Assembly (NCBI GenBank): GCA_019057475.1
Contig: DXJO01000026.1
Location: forward strand, 1-58,194
Source of the DNA: Candidatus Thorarchaeota archaeon
GTDB taxonomy: Archaea; Asgardarchaeota; Thorarchaeia; Thorarchaeales; Thorarchaeaceae
Direction of reading: 5' to 3'
Length of the DNA stretch: 58,194 bases
Part shown: piece by piece, positions 48,010 through 57,926 of the stretch
Numbering within the stretch: the stretch's first letter is position 1
Layout of the letters: each line of letters starts with the position of its first letter
Made by a program: the position numbers and the translations under genes
The notes under the pieces: generated by a model
Told to the model about the DNA's origin: nothing
Seen by the model: only the letters and a program-made list of their open reading frames with translations
Database searches by the model: none

Positions 48010-49038
48010 ATGCGCTACGTAAAGCTCCCAAAGGAAAAGGTCTGCGAGTTCCTTGAGCGATTGAAATCCATGGGGACTCTCTATGGGCCCAAGAAAATCT
48101 CAGAGAAATTCTACGACTTCAGAGAGATTGGCGATGTTAAAGAAGTGGAATTCGAGTACAACCGGACGATAACTCCCCCAAGGAAATTCTTCTTCCCAGA
48201 ACGAGAAACCGTCTTCACGTTTGACACGGCCAATGTTGAGATTCATGAAACGTTACCAACAGGAAACCGTATCATCATTTTTGGCGTGCATGCCTGCGAT
48301 ATCGTGGGCCTGCGCATTATGGACTCGCGTTTCATTGACGATTTACCAGACCCCTACTACCAGATTCGAAGAGAGAATGGAATAATCATTGGACTCTCCT
48401 GCCTTCCTGATGAGTATTGCTTCTGCAGTGTGCGACGAACCGACTTCGTTGACGCAGGCTTCGATCTCTTCCTGCATCTCCTCCCTGACGGCTATCTAGT
48501 TCGTGTGGGAACAGTGACCGGACACAAGCTAATCGAGAACTCGCCGGAGTACTTCGAGGAAATTTCAAGCGAAGATAAGGATAACTTCGCCAAATTCGAG
48601 ACCAAACGGAGGTCCATGTTCACGGTTCAAGGGAACTGGGATGATATGAGATATCGTCTTGAACTGCACCTCGACCATCCCATGTACATGCGCGAGAGCG
48701 ACAAGTGCCTTGGCTGTGGCAATTGCACACTTACGTGCCCGACATGCCGTTGCTATGAGGTCAAAGACCTGCCAACTCTTGATGGGGCTGGGGGCGAGCG
48801 TGTCAGGTTCTGGGATTCCTGCCAATTCAGATCGCACGGGCTTGTGGCGGGCGGTCACAACTTTAGACCCACAAAGAAGGACCGTTTCCTCAATCGCTAC
48901 CAATGCAAGAATGCTTACTGCGAAACCACCACAACTGCATACTGCGTGGGTTGCGGTAGATGTACGTACTTCTGCCCAGCAGACATCCAGTTCAAGGAAA
49001 ACCTGCTGGAAGTCTACGGACCTGGAGGTGGAGCTTAG
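48010..49038 (+). CDS. hydB: Group 3b (sulf)hydrogenase beta subunit
   Basis: MRYVKLPKE start, [29 protein letters not shown]...CP. Confidence 0.9.
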   Translation: MRYVKLPKEKVCEFLERLKSMGTLYGPKKISEKFYDFREIGDVKEVEFEYNRTITPPRKFFFPERETVFTFDTANVEIHETLPTGNRIIIFGVHACDIVGLRIMDSRFIDDLPDPYYQIRRENGIIIGLSCLPDEYCFCSVRRTDFVDAGFDLFLHLLPDGYLVRVGTVTGHKLIENSPEYFEEISSEDKDNFAKFETKRRSMFTVQGNWDDMRYRLELHLDHPMYMRESDKCLGCGNCTLTCPTCRCYEVKDLPTLDGAGGERVRFWDSCQFRSHGLVAGGHNFRPTKKDRFLNRYQCKNAYCETTTTAYCVGCGRCTYFCPADIQFKENLLEVYGPGGGA

Positions 49039-49899
49039 ATGTCGAAACCCGACCCAATGAAGACCTACGAGACCCACAAGTGTCGTCTCTTGAGAGTGTA
49101 CGGCCTCACTGAATATGAGAAGCTCTTCCTGTTTCGTTTTGATGACCCTGAGATAGCTCAGTCCTGGCGGTTCATGCCTGGTCAGTTTGTGGAGCTTTCC
49201 CTCCTTGGCCATGGAGAGGTGCCAATCTCAATCTGCTCTTCTGCTAGAAGGATGGGGTTCTTTGAGCTCTGCATCCGCAAGGCGGGTCGTGTCACCTCTG
49301 AGATTCACAAGCTTAAGCCTGGTGATATGGTACGGATTCGGGGACCCTATGGGAATGGCTTCCCAATGGACCGATTCTACGATAGGGACCTACTCCTCGT
49401 AGCTGCTGGACTCGGTATGGCACCGCTCAGGTCAGTCTTCCTCTACGCACTAGACAACCGCTGGCTGTTTGGCAACATCACAATCATCAACAGCTCGAAG
49501 CTGGGCAAGGAATTACTCTTTGCAAAAGAGCTGAAGGCAATGAAAGATATTGCAACAGCTGAGAACATTGAGATCATTCAGACTGCCACCAGAGACCCTG
49601 ACTGGGGTGGTTTGACAGGCCGCGCACCAACGCATCTGGATAAAGTGAATGTTGACCCAAAGAAATGTACAGCTGCGCTTTGTGGGCCGCCTCGCATGTA
49701 CAAGTCCATGTTCGAACAGATGATTGCACTGGGCTACGATCCACGATACATCTTCGTTAATCTTGAACGTCGCATGAAGTGCGGGGTTGGCAAGTGTGGA
49801 CACTGCAACATCGGCACAGCCACGTCGTGGAAGTATACCTGCAAAGACGGGCCAGTGTTCGATTATTACGACATCATCAGTATTCCGGGGTTGATCTAG
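49039..49899 (+). CDS. hydG: Group 3b hydrogenase gamma subunit (FAD/NAD(P))
   Basis: PGQF, GEVPISI, RGPYGNGF, AAGLGMAPLRS, CGPP, LERRMKCGVGKCGHC, CKDGPVF. Confidence 0.93.
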   Translation: MSKPDPMKTYETHKCRLLRVYGLTEYEKLFLFRFDDPEIAQSWRFMPGQFVELSLLGHGEVPISICSSARRMGFFELCIRKAGRVTSEIHKLKPGDMVRIRGPYGNGFPMDRFYDRDLLLVAAGLGMAPLRSVFLYALDNRWLFGNITIINSSKLGKELLFAKELKAMKDIATAENIEIIQTATRDPDWGGLTGRAPTHLDKVNVDPKKCTAALCGPPRMYKSMFEQMIALGYDPRYIFVNLERRMKCGVGKCGHCNIGTATSWKYTCKDGPVFDYYDIISIPGLI

Positions 49900-49913
49900 T
49901 GGAACGATCGAAA

Positions 49914-50744
49914 ATGACACTCCCCGACCATGAGATAATCGAGGAGTGCAGAGATGTCTGCAGGGCCACGGTAGGTGTATACGTTCTCACATCATGCTAT
50001 GGTTGCCAGCTTGTTATGGCCACGGTCGAGAAGATTATGGAGGTAGCAAACCTTGTGGACTTCAAGTGTTTCTACATGGTTTCAAGCAAGAGTTCTCTGC
50101 ATGAACCAGTTGACATCGCCTTTGTCGAAGGCTCGGTTTCCACTGAGAAAGACCTTGAGGAGTTGAAAGAGGTCAGAAAGAACGCGAAGGTGGTAGTCGC
50201 CATAGGCGCATGTGCAGTGAACGGCGGTGTTCAGAGCTGGTCTGAAGGCGACCTTAACTACGACGAACTCTATGCATCAGTCTACGGCGATTCCAAGATC
50301 AAGTACAAGGGCTTGCAGGCTGCTCCGATTGATTCCTACGTGAAAGTCGACTATTTTCTTCCCGGTTGTCCTCCAGAAGAAGACGAGATAATGTACTTCT
50401 TGAGCACATTTCTCTTTGGCTCATATCCTGAAGAAATCGACTATCCTGTGTGCGCCGAGTGTCGCCTTGAGGGCAATCCGTGCATACTGATTGAACGAGA
50501 TGCTCCTTGCTTAGGTCCAGTCACGGTGGCAGGATGTAAGGCGCGATGTCCAAGTTTCAATGTTCCCTGCATAGGATGCAGGGGTCCAGTGCCTCATGAC
50601 AATTCGTGGTTTGACTCTCTGGCGCTCACATTCAAGAACAAAGGTTACTCAAAGGATTACATCCGGGAACGCATGAAGATATTCTGCTCTTTTGATAAGA
50701 ATCTCGAAGAGCGACTGGAAAAAGTGTTCGGGAGGAAGAAGTGA
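49914..50744 (+). CDS. hydD: Group 3b hydrogenase small (delta) subunit
   Basis: LTSCYGCQL, VEGSVST, GACAV.GG, PGCPP, C.EC..C..CLGP..C...CP..CIGC. Confidence 0.92.
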   Translation: MTLPDHEIIEECRDVCRATVGVYVLTSCYGCQLVMATVEKIMEVANLVDFKCFYMVSSKSSLHEPVDIAFVEGSVSTEKDLEELKEVRKNAKVVVAIGACAVNGGVQSWSEGDLNYDELYASVYGDSKIKYKGLQAAPIDSYVKVDYFLPGCPPEEDEIMYFLSTFLFGSYPEEIDYPVCAECRLEGNPCILIERDAPCLGPVTVAGCKARCPSFNVPCIGCRGPVPHDNSWFDSLALTFKNKGYSKDYIRERMKIFCSFDKNLEERLEKVFGRKK

Positions 50745-52057
50745 TGCCTAAGAAGAAGATCACACACCCAATCACTGTTGATCACATTGCTCGGATTGAG
50801 GGAAAAGCAGGCATAGAGGTCATTCTCGATGGCAAGAAGGTGGATGTGGTCAACGTCAACGTTTTCGAAGGTCCGCGGTTCTTCGAGGCGATAGCAGTTG
50901 GGAAACATGTGGACGAGGCTGTTGCTGTCTTTCCCCGAGTGTGTTCATTCTGCGCCGCGGCTCACAAAATCACTCCGGTGCTGGCTGCTGAGAACGCTAT
51001 GGGCTTGGAGCCCAGCGAGCAGACTATGAAGATGCGCGAGCTGCTGTACATTGGCGACTTCATCCAGAGCCATACTCTGCATCTGTTCTTCCTTGCTCTT
51101 CCGGATTTCCTTGGCTTTCCAGATGTGTTCTCAATGCAAGGGGCGCACAAGGATATCCTAAATGCTGCAATCGCTCTCAAGGACATGGGTGCACATATTC
51201 AAACCGTCATAGGCTCAAGAGCAATCCATCAGGAGAACGCTTTGATAGGCGGCTTTGGCAAGATCCCTCCGAAGAAGTCTTGGGAAACGATGCGGCAAAA
51301 GCTGAGGTCTCTCCATGGCGTTGCAGAGGAAGCGCTGGAGCAGTTTGTGGGCTTCTCTCTTTGGCCTGAAGTCGAAGCTGAGCGAGTACATCTTGCGCTT
51401 AAGCCCATTGATGGGACATACACAATGTTCGGAGACACTATACTGGCTAGCGATGGTAGCAAGTTCAAGGCCAAAGCATACCAGATGCGCATCAGTGAGA
51501 AGGTCGTTCCACACTCCTTTGCGAAACATGGCGCGTACAACGGTCAGCCCTTCATGACTGGGGCACTATCTAGGTTCACTCTGTTCAGCGATGGACTCTC
51601 AAAAAGAGCCAAGCTTCTCGGTCGGACCTATGAGGAGTATCTCGATGCGAAGAATCCTCTGTCTAACAACCTCGCCCAGGCGATAGAGTTGGTCCATTAC
51701 ATACACAGAGCTGAGATCATAGCAGACGAGCTGGCTAGTTCTATCAAGCCAAATGAGCGTAGAGTGGAGCTTGAGATCACCAAGGCCGCAACTGGCGTCT
51801 GTGTTACCGAGGCTCCTCGCGGACTGCTGGCATATACTTTGAAGATTGGCAAGAACGGAGTGATTAGGGCTGCAAACATCATCACTCCAACAGCTATGTA
51901 CCTTCCGATGATGGAGGCTGATTTGAGGCGAATGGTAGAAGGCCTCCTGGAGCAGGGCATAACCGATTCCAAAACCATAGCACAGAAGCTAGAAACCGTT
52001 GTCCGCTCTTACGACCCCTGTGTTTCATGTAGCGTGCATGTGGCCCGCGTCAAGTAG
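50744..52057 (+). CDS. hydA: Group 3b [NiFe]-hydrogenase large (alpha) subunit
   Basis: RIEGK, EGPRFFE, RVCSFC (L1), EAPRG, YDPCVSCSVH (L2) plus a short cleavable tail. Confidence 0.93.
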   Translation: MPKKKITHPITVDHIARIEGKAGIEVILDGKKVDVVNVNVFEGPRFFEAIAVGKHVDEAVAVFPRVCSFCAAAHKITPVLAAENAMGLEPSEQTMKMRELLYIGDFIQSHTLHLFFLALPDFLGFPDVFSMQGAHKDILNAAIALKDMGAHIQTVIGSRAIHQENALIGGFGKIPPKKSWETMRQKLRSLHGVAEEALEQFVGFSLWPEVEAERVHLALKPIDGTYTMFGDTILASDGSKFKAKAYQMRISEKVVPHSFAKHGAYNGQPFMTGALSRFTLFSDGLSKRAKLLGRTYEEYLDAKNPLSNNLAQAIELVHYIHRAEIIADELASSIKPNERRVELEITKAATGVCVTEAPRGLLAYTLKIGKNGVIRAANIITPTAMYLPMMEADLRRMVEGLLEQGITDSKTIAQKLETVVRSYDPCVSCSVHVARVK

Positions 52058-52122
52058 ATTTCTGCAATCTTACAGCACAGGAAATATAACTGGATTCAGG
52101 CATCAGGTTATTGGTCATCAGG

Positions 52123-52455
52123 ATGGTCAAAGCCAGGATTCTCTCCCGACTTAATGAGATTGCAGGTCGGTTTGAAGACCCAAAGATCCAGCGTCGTTTT
52201 CGAGATTATAACAAGACGCTCCTGTTCAATTTTCCTGACATCGAACTATCTTTCTACTTGAAGATTGGTGACGCAGAACTCTTGGAGCTAGGAGAAGGCA
52301 CAGTGGACGCAGAACTAGCAGTCACAATGGACTCTGGGACCTTTTTCGGCATAATGGACAAGACCGAGAGCCCCATGGCCGCTTACTCATCAGGCAAACT
52401 CAAGACAAGAGGAGAGGTGCCTGACCTTCTCAAACTGCAGAAGCTGCTACTCTGA
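52123..52455 (+). CDS. SCP2 sterol/lipid-binding domain protein
   Basis: Short protein ending MDS.TF..I......PMAAYSSGKLKTRGE...LLKLQKLL. Confidence 0.85.
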   Translation: MVKARILSRLNEIAGRFEDPKIQRRFRDYNKTLLFNFPDIELSFYLKIGDAELLELGEGTVDAELAVTMDSGTFFGIMDKTESPMAAYSSGKLKTRGEVPDLLKLQKLLL

Positions 52456-52571
52456 GAATTTGCTGTTCGCATGACTATAGAGCCATTTGCAGGCCTACTG
52501 TTTCAACTTGATGAATGTTTAAAGGGTCGAAAACACCCTGAGTCACATCTGCTCTTAGGACCGTATTAACC

Positions 52572-53570
52572 ATGAGAGCGCTTGTCACTGCCCCTTTCAC
52601 AGATGATGGTCTGAACACGCTCCGTGCTTCTGGTTTGAATGTAGACTATCAGTGCTGGCTTGAAACCGGCAAGTTACATCTAGGTGACTCGCTCCTGAAG
52701 GTCATCAATAAGGGCGGATACAAAGTAGTTGTTGTCGAGGGCGATGAAGTCAAAGAGGAGGTAATCGAGGGTAGCAACCTGAAGCTGATAGGTTGTGTCA
52801 GAGGTAACCCTCGGAACATCGCAGTTGCTGAAGCGACAGCCAAGGGTATTCCGGTCATCACAGCCCCGGGGAGGAACGCAAGAGCCGTGGCTGAGCTGAC
52901 AGTGTGCCTTATGCTCAATCAAGCTCGAAATATCACGGCAGCAGATAGGTTGCTCCAACGCGAGTTCCTGGTCGATGACTTCGGGGACTTTGCGGGCATG
53001 TACAAGTCGACCATGGGCTTCGAGCTAAAAGGACGAACAATCGGACTGATTGGCCTGGGCCAAGTCGGATTCAGTGTGGCTAAGATTCTACAGTCCTTTG
53101 ACGTGAGTTTGCTCGTCACAGACCCCTACATCGATGACAGCAGAATCGCAGAGGTGGGCGCCGAGAAAGTTGCGCTTGATAATCTCTTGAGAAGGTCAGA
53201 TGTAGTATCAGTGCATTGCTTGCCAACTGAAGAAACAAACAGGATGTTGGGCAAGAGGGAATTCGAGCTCATGAAGAAGACTGCAGTATTCATCAACACG
53301 GCGAGAGCATCTATCACTGATGAATATGCATTACTTGAAGCACTCAAATCGGGCGCCATAGCTGGCGCAGGACTAGATGTATTTTCAATGGAACCCGTAG
53401 ACTGCGACAATATGTTCCTAGAACTTGATAATGTCACTGTCACCCCACATATCGGCGGAAACACGGCTGATACTGTTGAACGGCAGTCTGAGATGTTGGC
53501 TAATGATATTCGCACGTATCTAGAGGGTGGAATACCTCAACATATCGTAAACCCAGAGGTATTGAAGTAG
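52572..53570 (+). CDS. D-isomer-specific 2-hydroxyacid dehydrogenase family protein
   Basis: PGRNARAVAE, GLIGLGQVG, INTAR, DVF..EP, TPHIGG. Confidence 0.9.
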   Translation: MRALVTAPFTDDGLNTLRASGLNVDYQCWLETGKLHLGDSLLKVINKGGYKVVVVEGDEVKEEVIEGSNLKLIGCVRGNPRNIAVAEATAKGIPVITAPGRNARAVAELTVCLMLNQARNITAADRLLQREFLVDDFGDFAGMYKSTMGFELKGRTIGLIGLGQVGFSVAKILQSFDVSLLVTDPYIDDSRIAEVGAEKVALDNLLRRSDVVSVHCLPTEETNRMLGKREFELMKKTAVFINTARASITDEYALLEALKSGAIAGAGLDVFSMEPVDCDNMFLELDNVTVTPHIGGNTADTVERQSEMLANDIRTYLEGGIPQHIVNPEVLK

Positions 53571-53583
53571 ACGGAGGAATTGG

Positions 53584-55083
53584 ATGGTCGTAGCAGCGAT
53601 TGATGCTGGAACCACTGGTGTTCGGTGTATGCTGGTGGATAAATCGGGAGCAGTAATCGGAATCGGAAGAGAATCTTGGGGATGTGTAACTCCTTCTGAC
53701 CTTGACATAGCAAAGGAGATTGACACTTCGCTGTACTGGAGAAAGATATGCCGAGTAACGCATGAGGCGCTTAAGTCGGGAGGAAAATCGTCGTCGAAAC
53801 TGGAAGCTATTGCCACGACCAGCCAGAGGATGGGCATGATAATACTGGATGCAGATGGAAAGGAGCTGCGAGGTACTCCCAATATCGATGCTCGTGGTGC
53901 ATTGACACAGTATGTTGTGGAAGAGTCAGTGGGAGATCGATTCCAAGAGCTGACTGGGTGTTGGCCCCCAATGATGTTTGCTCCTGCAAGGCTCGCCTGG
54001 TTTGAGGAAGAGGAATCAGATGTGTATGAGGCCATCGCTCGTGTCCTGCCAATAGGCGATTGGATCACATACAGACTCTGCAACGCATTCGTAACAGACC
54101 CCTCGTCAGCCAGTGCCACTGGTTTTCTTGATGTTCGAAGCCGGAAGTGGAGTTCTGAGGTGGTTGATGCCTTGAATCTTGAGATGAATATCCTGCCAGA
54201 GATACATGATGCAGGGATTGTTGTGGGGGAGATTACAACTACAGCGGCGAAGGAAACCGGCCTTCCTTCAGGATTACCCGTGGTCCAAGGAGGTGCCGAC
54301 ACTCAGTGTGCGCTTCTTGCTGCAGAAGCCAACGTTGATGAAATTACAATCGTGGCTGGCAGCACATCCCCCATGATGTTGATCACGGAGAAAGCTGTCT
54401 GTACTCAGGGTCAGAAGATATGGACTGGATGTCATGTTGTCCCTAGTAGATGGGTCTTGGAGAGCAATGCCGGTCTTACGGGATCGTATATTGAATGGGC
54501 AGTCAGGTTCTTGTGTGAACGATCTGAAAACCCAGAGCAATGTTTCACTAATACTCTAAGCAACCTGTCTGATATCGTGGCGCATGTTTCTCCCGGAAGC
54601 AACGAAACGTATGCTGCTCTCGGGCCAACCATAATGGACTGCCATCGGTTCACTGATGTACGACAAGCGGTATTGTCTTTCCCCCAGCCCGCATTACCGC
54701 AAGTCATTCCCCTTGACTCGGCAAGTTTTCTTCATGCAGTACTAGAGAATATCGCCTACTCTGCCAGGGGGAACTGTGAGCAATTGGAGGAGCAAGCGAA
54801 AGTCAGCGCTATCAAGACAATCGGTGGAATGACCAAATCAACCGTCTGGGGGCAGCTACTGGCCAACGTTCTGAATCGATCTGTCCGAATTCCGGATCAG
54901 TCCGAGGGAAGTCTCTTGGGGGCAGCCATTTGCGCTGCCAAGGGCGCAGGTTGGTTTTCAGACTTGATGGAGGCGTCAGAAGCCATGGTCCAGTGGCATG
55001 CTCCTATTGTACCGGATGAACGCGCAGCACGATACAAACCATACTACTCAAGATGGAAAGAAATCTGGTACCGAGGTGATTGA
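53584..55083 (+). CDS. FGGY family carbohydrate kinase (LsrK-like)
   Basis: AIDAGTTGVRC, ATTSQR.G, PNIDARG, GGADTQC, AGST, AVLENIAY, GGMTKS..W.Q.LANV. Confidence 0.88.
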   Translation: MVVAAIDAGTTGVRCMLVDKSGAVIGIGRESWGCVTPSDLDIAKEIDTSLYWRKICRVTHEALKSGGKSSSKLEAIATTSQRMGMIILDADGKELRGTPNIDARGALTQYVVEESVGDRFQELTGCWPPMMFAPARLAWFEEEESDVYEAIARVLPIGDWITYRLCNAFVTDPSSASATGFLDVRSRKWSSEVVDALNLEMNILPEIHDAGIVVGEITTTAAKETGLPSGLPVVQGGADTQCALLAAEANVDEITIVAGSTSPMMLITEKAVCTQGQKIWTGCHVVPSRWVLESNAGLTGSYIEWAVRFLCERSENPEQCFTNTLSNLSDIVAHVSPGSNETYAALGPTIMDCHRFTDVRQAVLSFPQPALPQVIPLDSASFLHAVLENIAYSARGNCEQLEEQAKVSAIKTIGGMTKSTVWGQLLANVLNRSVRIPDQSEGSLLGAAICAAKGAGWFSDLMEASEAMVQWHAPIVPDERAARYKPYYSRWKEIWYRGD

Positions 55084-55721
55084 GCATGTATAAGGAAACA
55101 AAGGAAGAACTGCTAGAGATATGCACAGAGATGGTACGAAGAGACCTCGTGGAGGGGTCGGCTGGCAATGCAAGTGCTCGTGTCGACGATCACGTTGTGA
55201 TCACCCCGAGCTCAGTCCGCTATGTTGAGATGGCGGCTGAAGACATGATGGTGATTGACATGGATGGCAAAGTCATAGAGGGCGACAGAAACCCGAGCGT
55301 AGAGTCGCCTATGCATCTTGAAGTCTACAAGAACCGCAAGGACGCTCGAGCTATTGTACACACTCACAGTATCTATGCCTCAGCATTGACCCTTCTGAAC
55401 AGAACTCTTCCGCCAATACTAGACGAGATTGTTCCCAAGCTTGGTGGAGAGATACGTATTACGCAATACTCCATGCCAGGCACCAAAGAACTGGGCCAGA
55501 GGGTTGTAAAAGCTATGGACATGAGAAGTGCTGCTCTGATAGCGAACCACGGTGCTCTTTGCTGCGGCGGGTCATTGCGCGAAGCACTTGACGTTGCTGT
55601 GCTTCTGGAGCGTGCATGCAGAATCTACATGATTGCACTACAAGCTGGCAAACCCTCACAGCTCCCTGAGGATGTTGTAGAGGATGAAGCGACACTCTGG
55701 GAGATGATGAAGGGGTACTGA
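55080..55721 (+). CDS. Class II aldolase (fuculose-1-phosphate aldolase-like)
   Basis: GNASAR, ITPS, PSVE..MH, VHTHS, NHG. Confidence 0.9.
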   Translation: MSMYKETKEELLEICTEMVRRDLVEGSAGNASARVDDHVVITPSSVRYVEMAAEDMMVIDMDGKVIEGDRNPSVESPMHLEVYKNRKDARAIVHTHSIYASALTLLNRTLPPILDEIVPKLGGEIRITQYSMPGTKELGQRVVKAMDMRSAALIANHGALCCGGSLREALDVAVLLERACRIYMIALQAGKPSQLPEDVVEDEATLWEMMKGY

Positions 55722-55730
55722 GGTGCGCGA

Positions 55731-57506
55731 ATGAACGGGTACATGGGACAGCTCCTTGTGGTAGATTTGACCAGAGAGAAGATAAGCGAGATTCCCTTGG
55801 ACCGGGGAATCATCAAGCAATTCCTTGGTGGGGCTGGCTATGCCTGCAGGCTGCTCTACGACATGATAGATGCATCGTGCGATCCTCTGAGTCCTGACAA
55901 TATGCTCGTATTCATGACTGGGCCACTTACTGGAACAATGGCCCCGTGTACAGGTCGTCATGTTGTGTGTGGGAAGTCCCCCCTTACGGGCTATTGGGGC
56001 GAGTCGCATTCTGGCGGCCATTTTGGTGCGCATCTGAAGTTCTCAGGTTACGATGGACTGGTAGTCAAGGGCAGGGCCAAGAGCCCAGTCGTGCTTCACA
56101 TTGATGAAGGCGCACTCACGTTTCTTCCTGGCGGCGACCTCTGGGGAACAACCACAGATGTGGCTCAGGAGAGGCTTCGGAAGGACTTGGGTCCTGTGAA
56201 AGTCGCATGCATTGGTCCCGCGGGCGAAAATCTCGTTCGCTATGCCAGCATTATGAATGCAGAACGTGCAGCCGCAAGATGCGGCTTGGGTGCCGTCATG
56301 GGGTCGAAGAATCTCAAAGCCATTGCAGTCGGAGGGAGCAAGGAAATTGCACTTAGTGACGCTGAGGAATTCACTGAGATTGCTAAGAAATCCTCAGCAA
56401 TACTCCGTGAGATGATGTCTAACTTGAGTCAGTCTGGAACGGCAATGTATGTAGACATTGCAATGATGTTCAACGATATGCCCATCAAGTACTTCCAAGA
56501 GGTGGATTTCGAGTCTGACCTGATAAATGACAAGGCACTGGGCGAGATTCTAACAGGTCGCACCGCCTGCCATTCATGTCCTATAGGATGCGGTCGCAAG
56601 GTGTCACTTCCAGAGCATAATCTCAAGAACATCGGCGGTCCCGAATACCAGACCATTGCATCCCTTGGGTCAAACCTTCTGATTTCAGATATCCGCGCAA
56701 TTGCAGTCATGAATCGGCTCTGTAATCAATATGGATTAGATACCATAAGCACCGGTGGTACATTGGCTCTTGCAATCTCACTGCAGGAGCTCGGGAAACT
56801 AGATCACAATCTTGAATGGGGGGACTCTGATAGGGCGATTGAGTTGATTCATGCAATCGCTAACCGTGATGGATTTGGCAATGAGCTGGCCGAGGGTTCA
56901 ATGCGCTTAGCTGCCAAGTATGGTGCTGAAGATGCTGCTCTCCATGTCAAGGGGCTTGAGATACCTGGTCATGATCCCCGAGCATTTGCGGGCATGGCAA
57001 CTGTGTATGCTGTAGCCGCCCGAGGGGCATCCCATTTGGAAGGGGACATATACAGCATTGATATGGGAGCAGATGTTCGCGATCTTGGAATTGTCGCTTC
57101 TGACCGATTGGATGATGAGAACAAGGGCGTTACTGCAGCAAAAGCGCAGGACTACAGAGCCTTTTTCGACTCGGTGATTATGTGTCACTTCGCGTTTGTG
57201 CTTCCGCAGACCTTGCTGGACTTACTCAACACTGCACTCGGGACATCTGCTAATCTCAAGGACATCCTTAAAATCGGATCAAGACTAGTTACTCTGAAAC
57301 GTCTATTCAATCTCAAGTGTGGTCTGCAACCTCAGGAGGATACACTCCCCTCACTATTCTCTCAACCATTGCCAGATGATGTGACCGACGACTTTGTACC
57401 GGATTTGGACCGGCAGCTGGACGATTACTATTCCTATAGAAGATGGGACCGAAAGACTGGGCGGCCCACAGAAGAGGCTCTGCAGGAACTTGAGCTTGAT
57501 TATTGA
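55731..57506 (+). CDS. aor: Tungsten-dependent aldehyde:ferredoxin oxidoreductase family
   Basis: KSPLTG, CIGPAGENLV, GAVMGSKNLKA, CHSCPIGC, GPEYQT, GLDTISTG, HDPR. Confidence 0.93.
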   Translation: MNGYMGQLLVVDLTREKISEIPLDRGIIKQFLGGAGYACRLLYDMIDASCDPLSPDNMLVFMTGPLTGTMAPCTGRHVVCGKSPLTGYWGESHSGGHFGAHLKFSGYDGLVVKGRAKSPVVLHIDEGALTFLPGGDLWGTTTDVAQERLRKDLGPVKVACIGPAGENLVRYASIMNAERAAARCGLGAVMGSKNLKAIAVGGSKEIALSDAEEFTEIAKKSSAILREMMSNLSQSGTAMYVDIAMMFNDMPIKYFQEVDFESDLINDKALGEILTGRTACHSCPIGCGRKVSLPEHNLKNIGGPEYQTIASLGSNLLISDIRAIAVMNRLCNQYGLDTISTGGTLALAISLQELGKLDHNLEWGDSDRAIELIHAIANRDGFGNELAEGSMRLAAKYGAEDAALHVKGLEIPGHDPRAFAGMATVYAVAARGASHLEGDIYSIDMGADVRDLGIVASDRLDDENKGVTAAKAQDYRAFFDSVIMCHFAFVLPQTLLDLLNTALGTSANLKDILKIGSRLVTLKRLFNLKCGLQPQEDTLPSLFSQPLPDDVTDDFVPDLDRQLDDYYSYRRWDRKTGRPTEEALQELELDY

Positions 57507-57838
57507 GCCTTGAGTAGATGCTGCAGCTTGAGCAGGTCTCTTGTTGAGCCCTTTGCTACTATCCTGCCTCCCATGAATGCGCGCATTGCAGAGAGAGATC
57601 CATCCAAGACCTGTAGTATTGTGACACTATCAGTTGTCACAGTCATGTCAGGATTTTCAGGCATGCCTTCTTCAACTGTTGCAGTGCCCTTCTCAAATCG
57701 CATCTTGACATCAAATTCCAGGTCTTTGAATGACATAACCAGAACTCTATCGAAGTTTTCGAAGCGTTTCTGTAGCTTGGGTTCCCCGATTCTGCCAACC
57801 ATATTCTGCAGAGCTCGTATGATATCTTCCTTCGTCAG
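57500..57838 (-). CDS. SCP2 domain protein (paralogue of 52123-52455); probable CTG start
   Basis: AMRAFMGGRI...G...DLLKLQHLL. The extension MTKEDIIRALQN from CTG 57838 aligns with the paralogue's N-terminus. Confidence 0.85.
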   Translation of the reverse strand: MTKEDIIRALQNMVGRIGEPKLQKRFENFDRVLVMSFKDLEFDVKMRFEKGTATVEEGMPENPDMTVTTDSVTILQVLDGSLSAMRAFMGGRIVAKGSTRDLLKLQHLLKAQ

Positions 57839-57926
57839 GAAACTTCACACTCCTTTTCCTATCACGTCTTGTGTACTGTGTGCCCGTTGTACTGGGGTCT
57901 CTCTAGTATTGCAATCCCCTCAGAAA

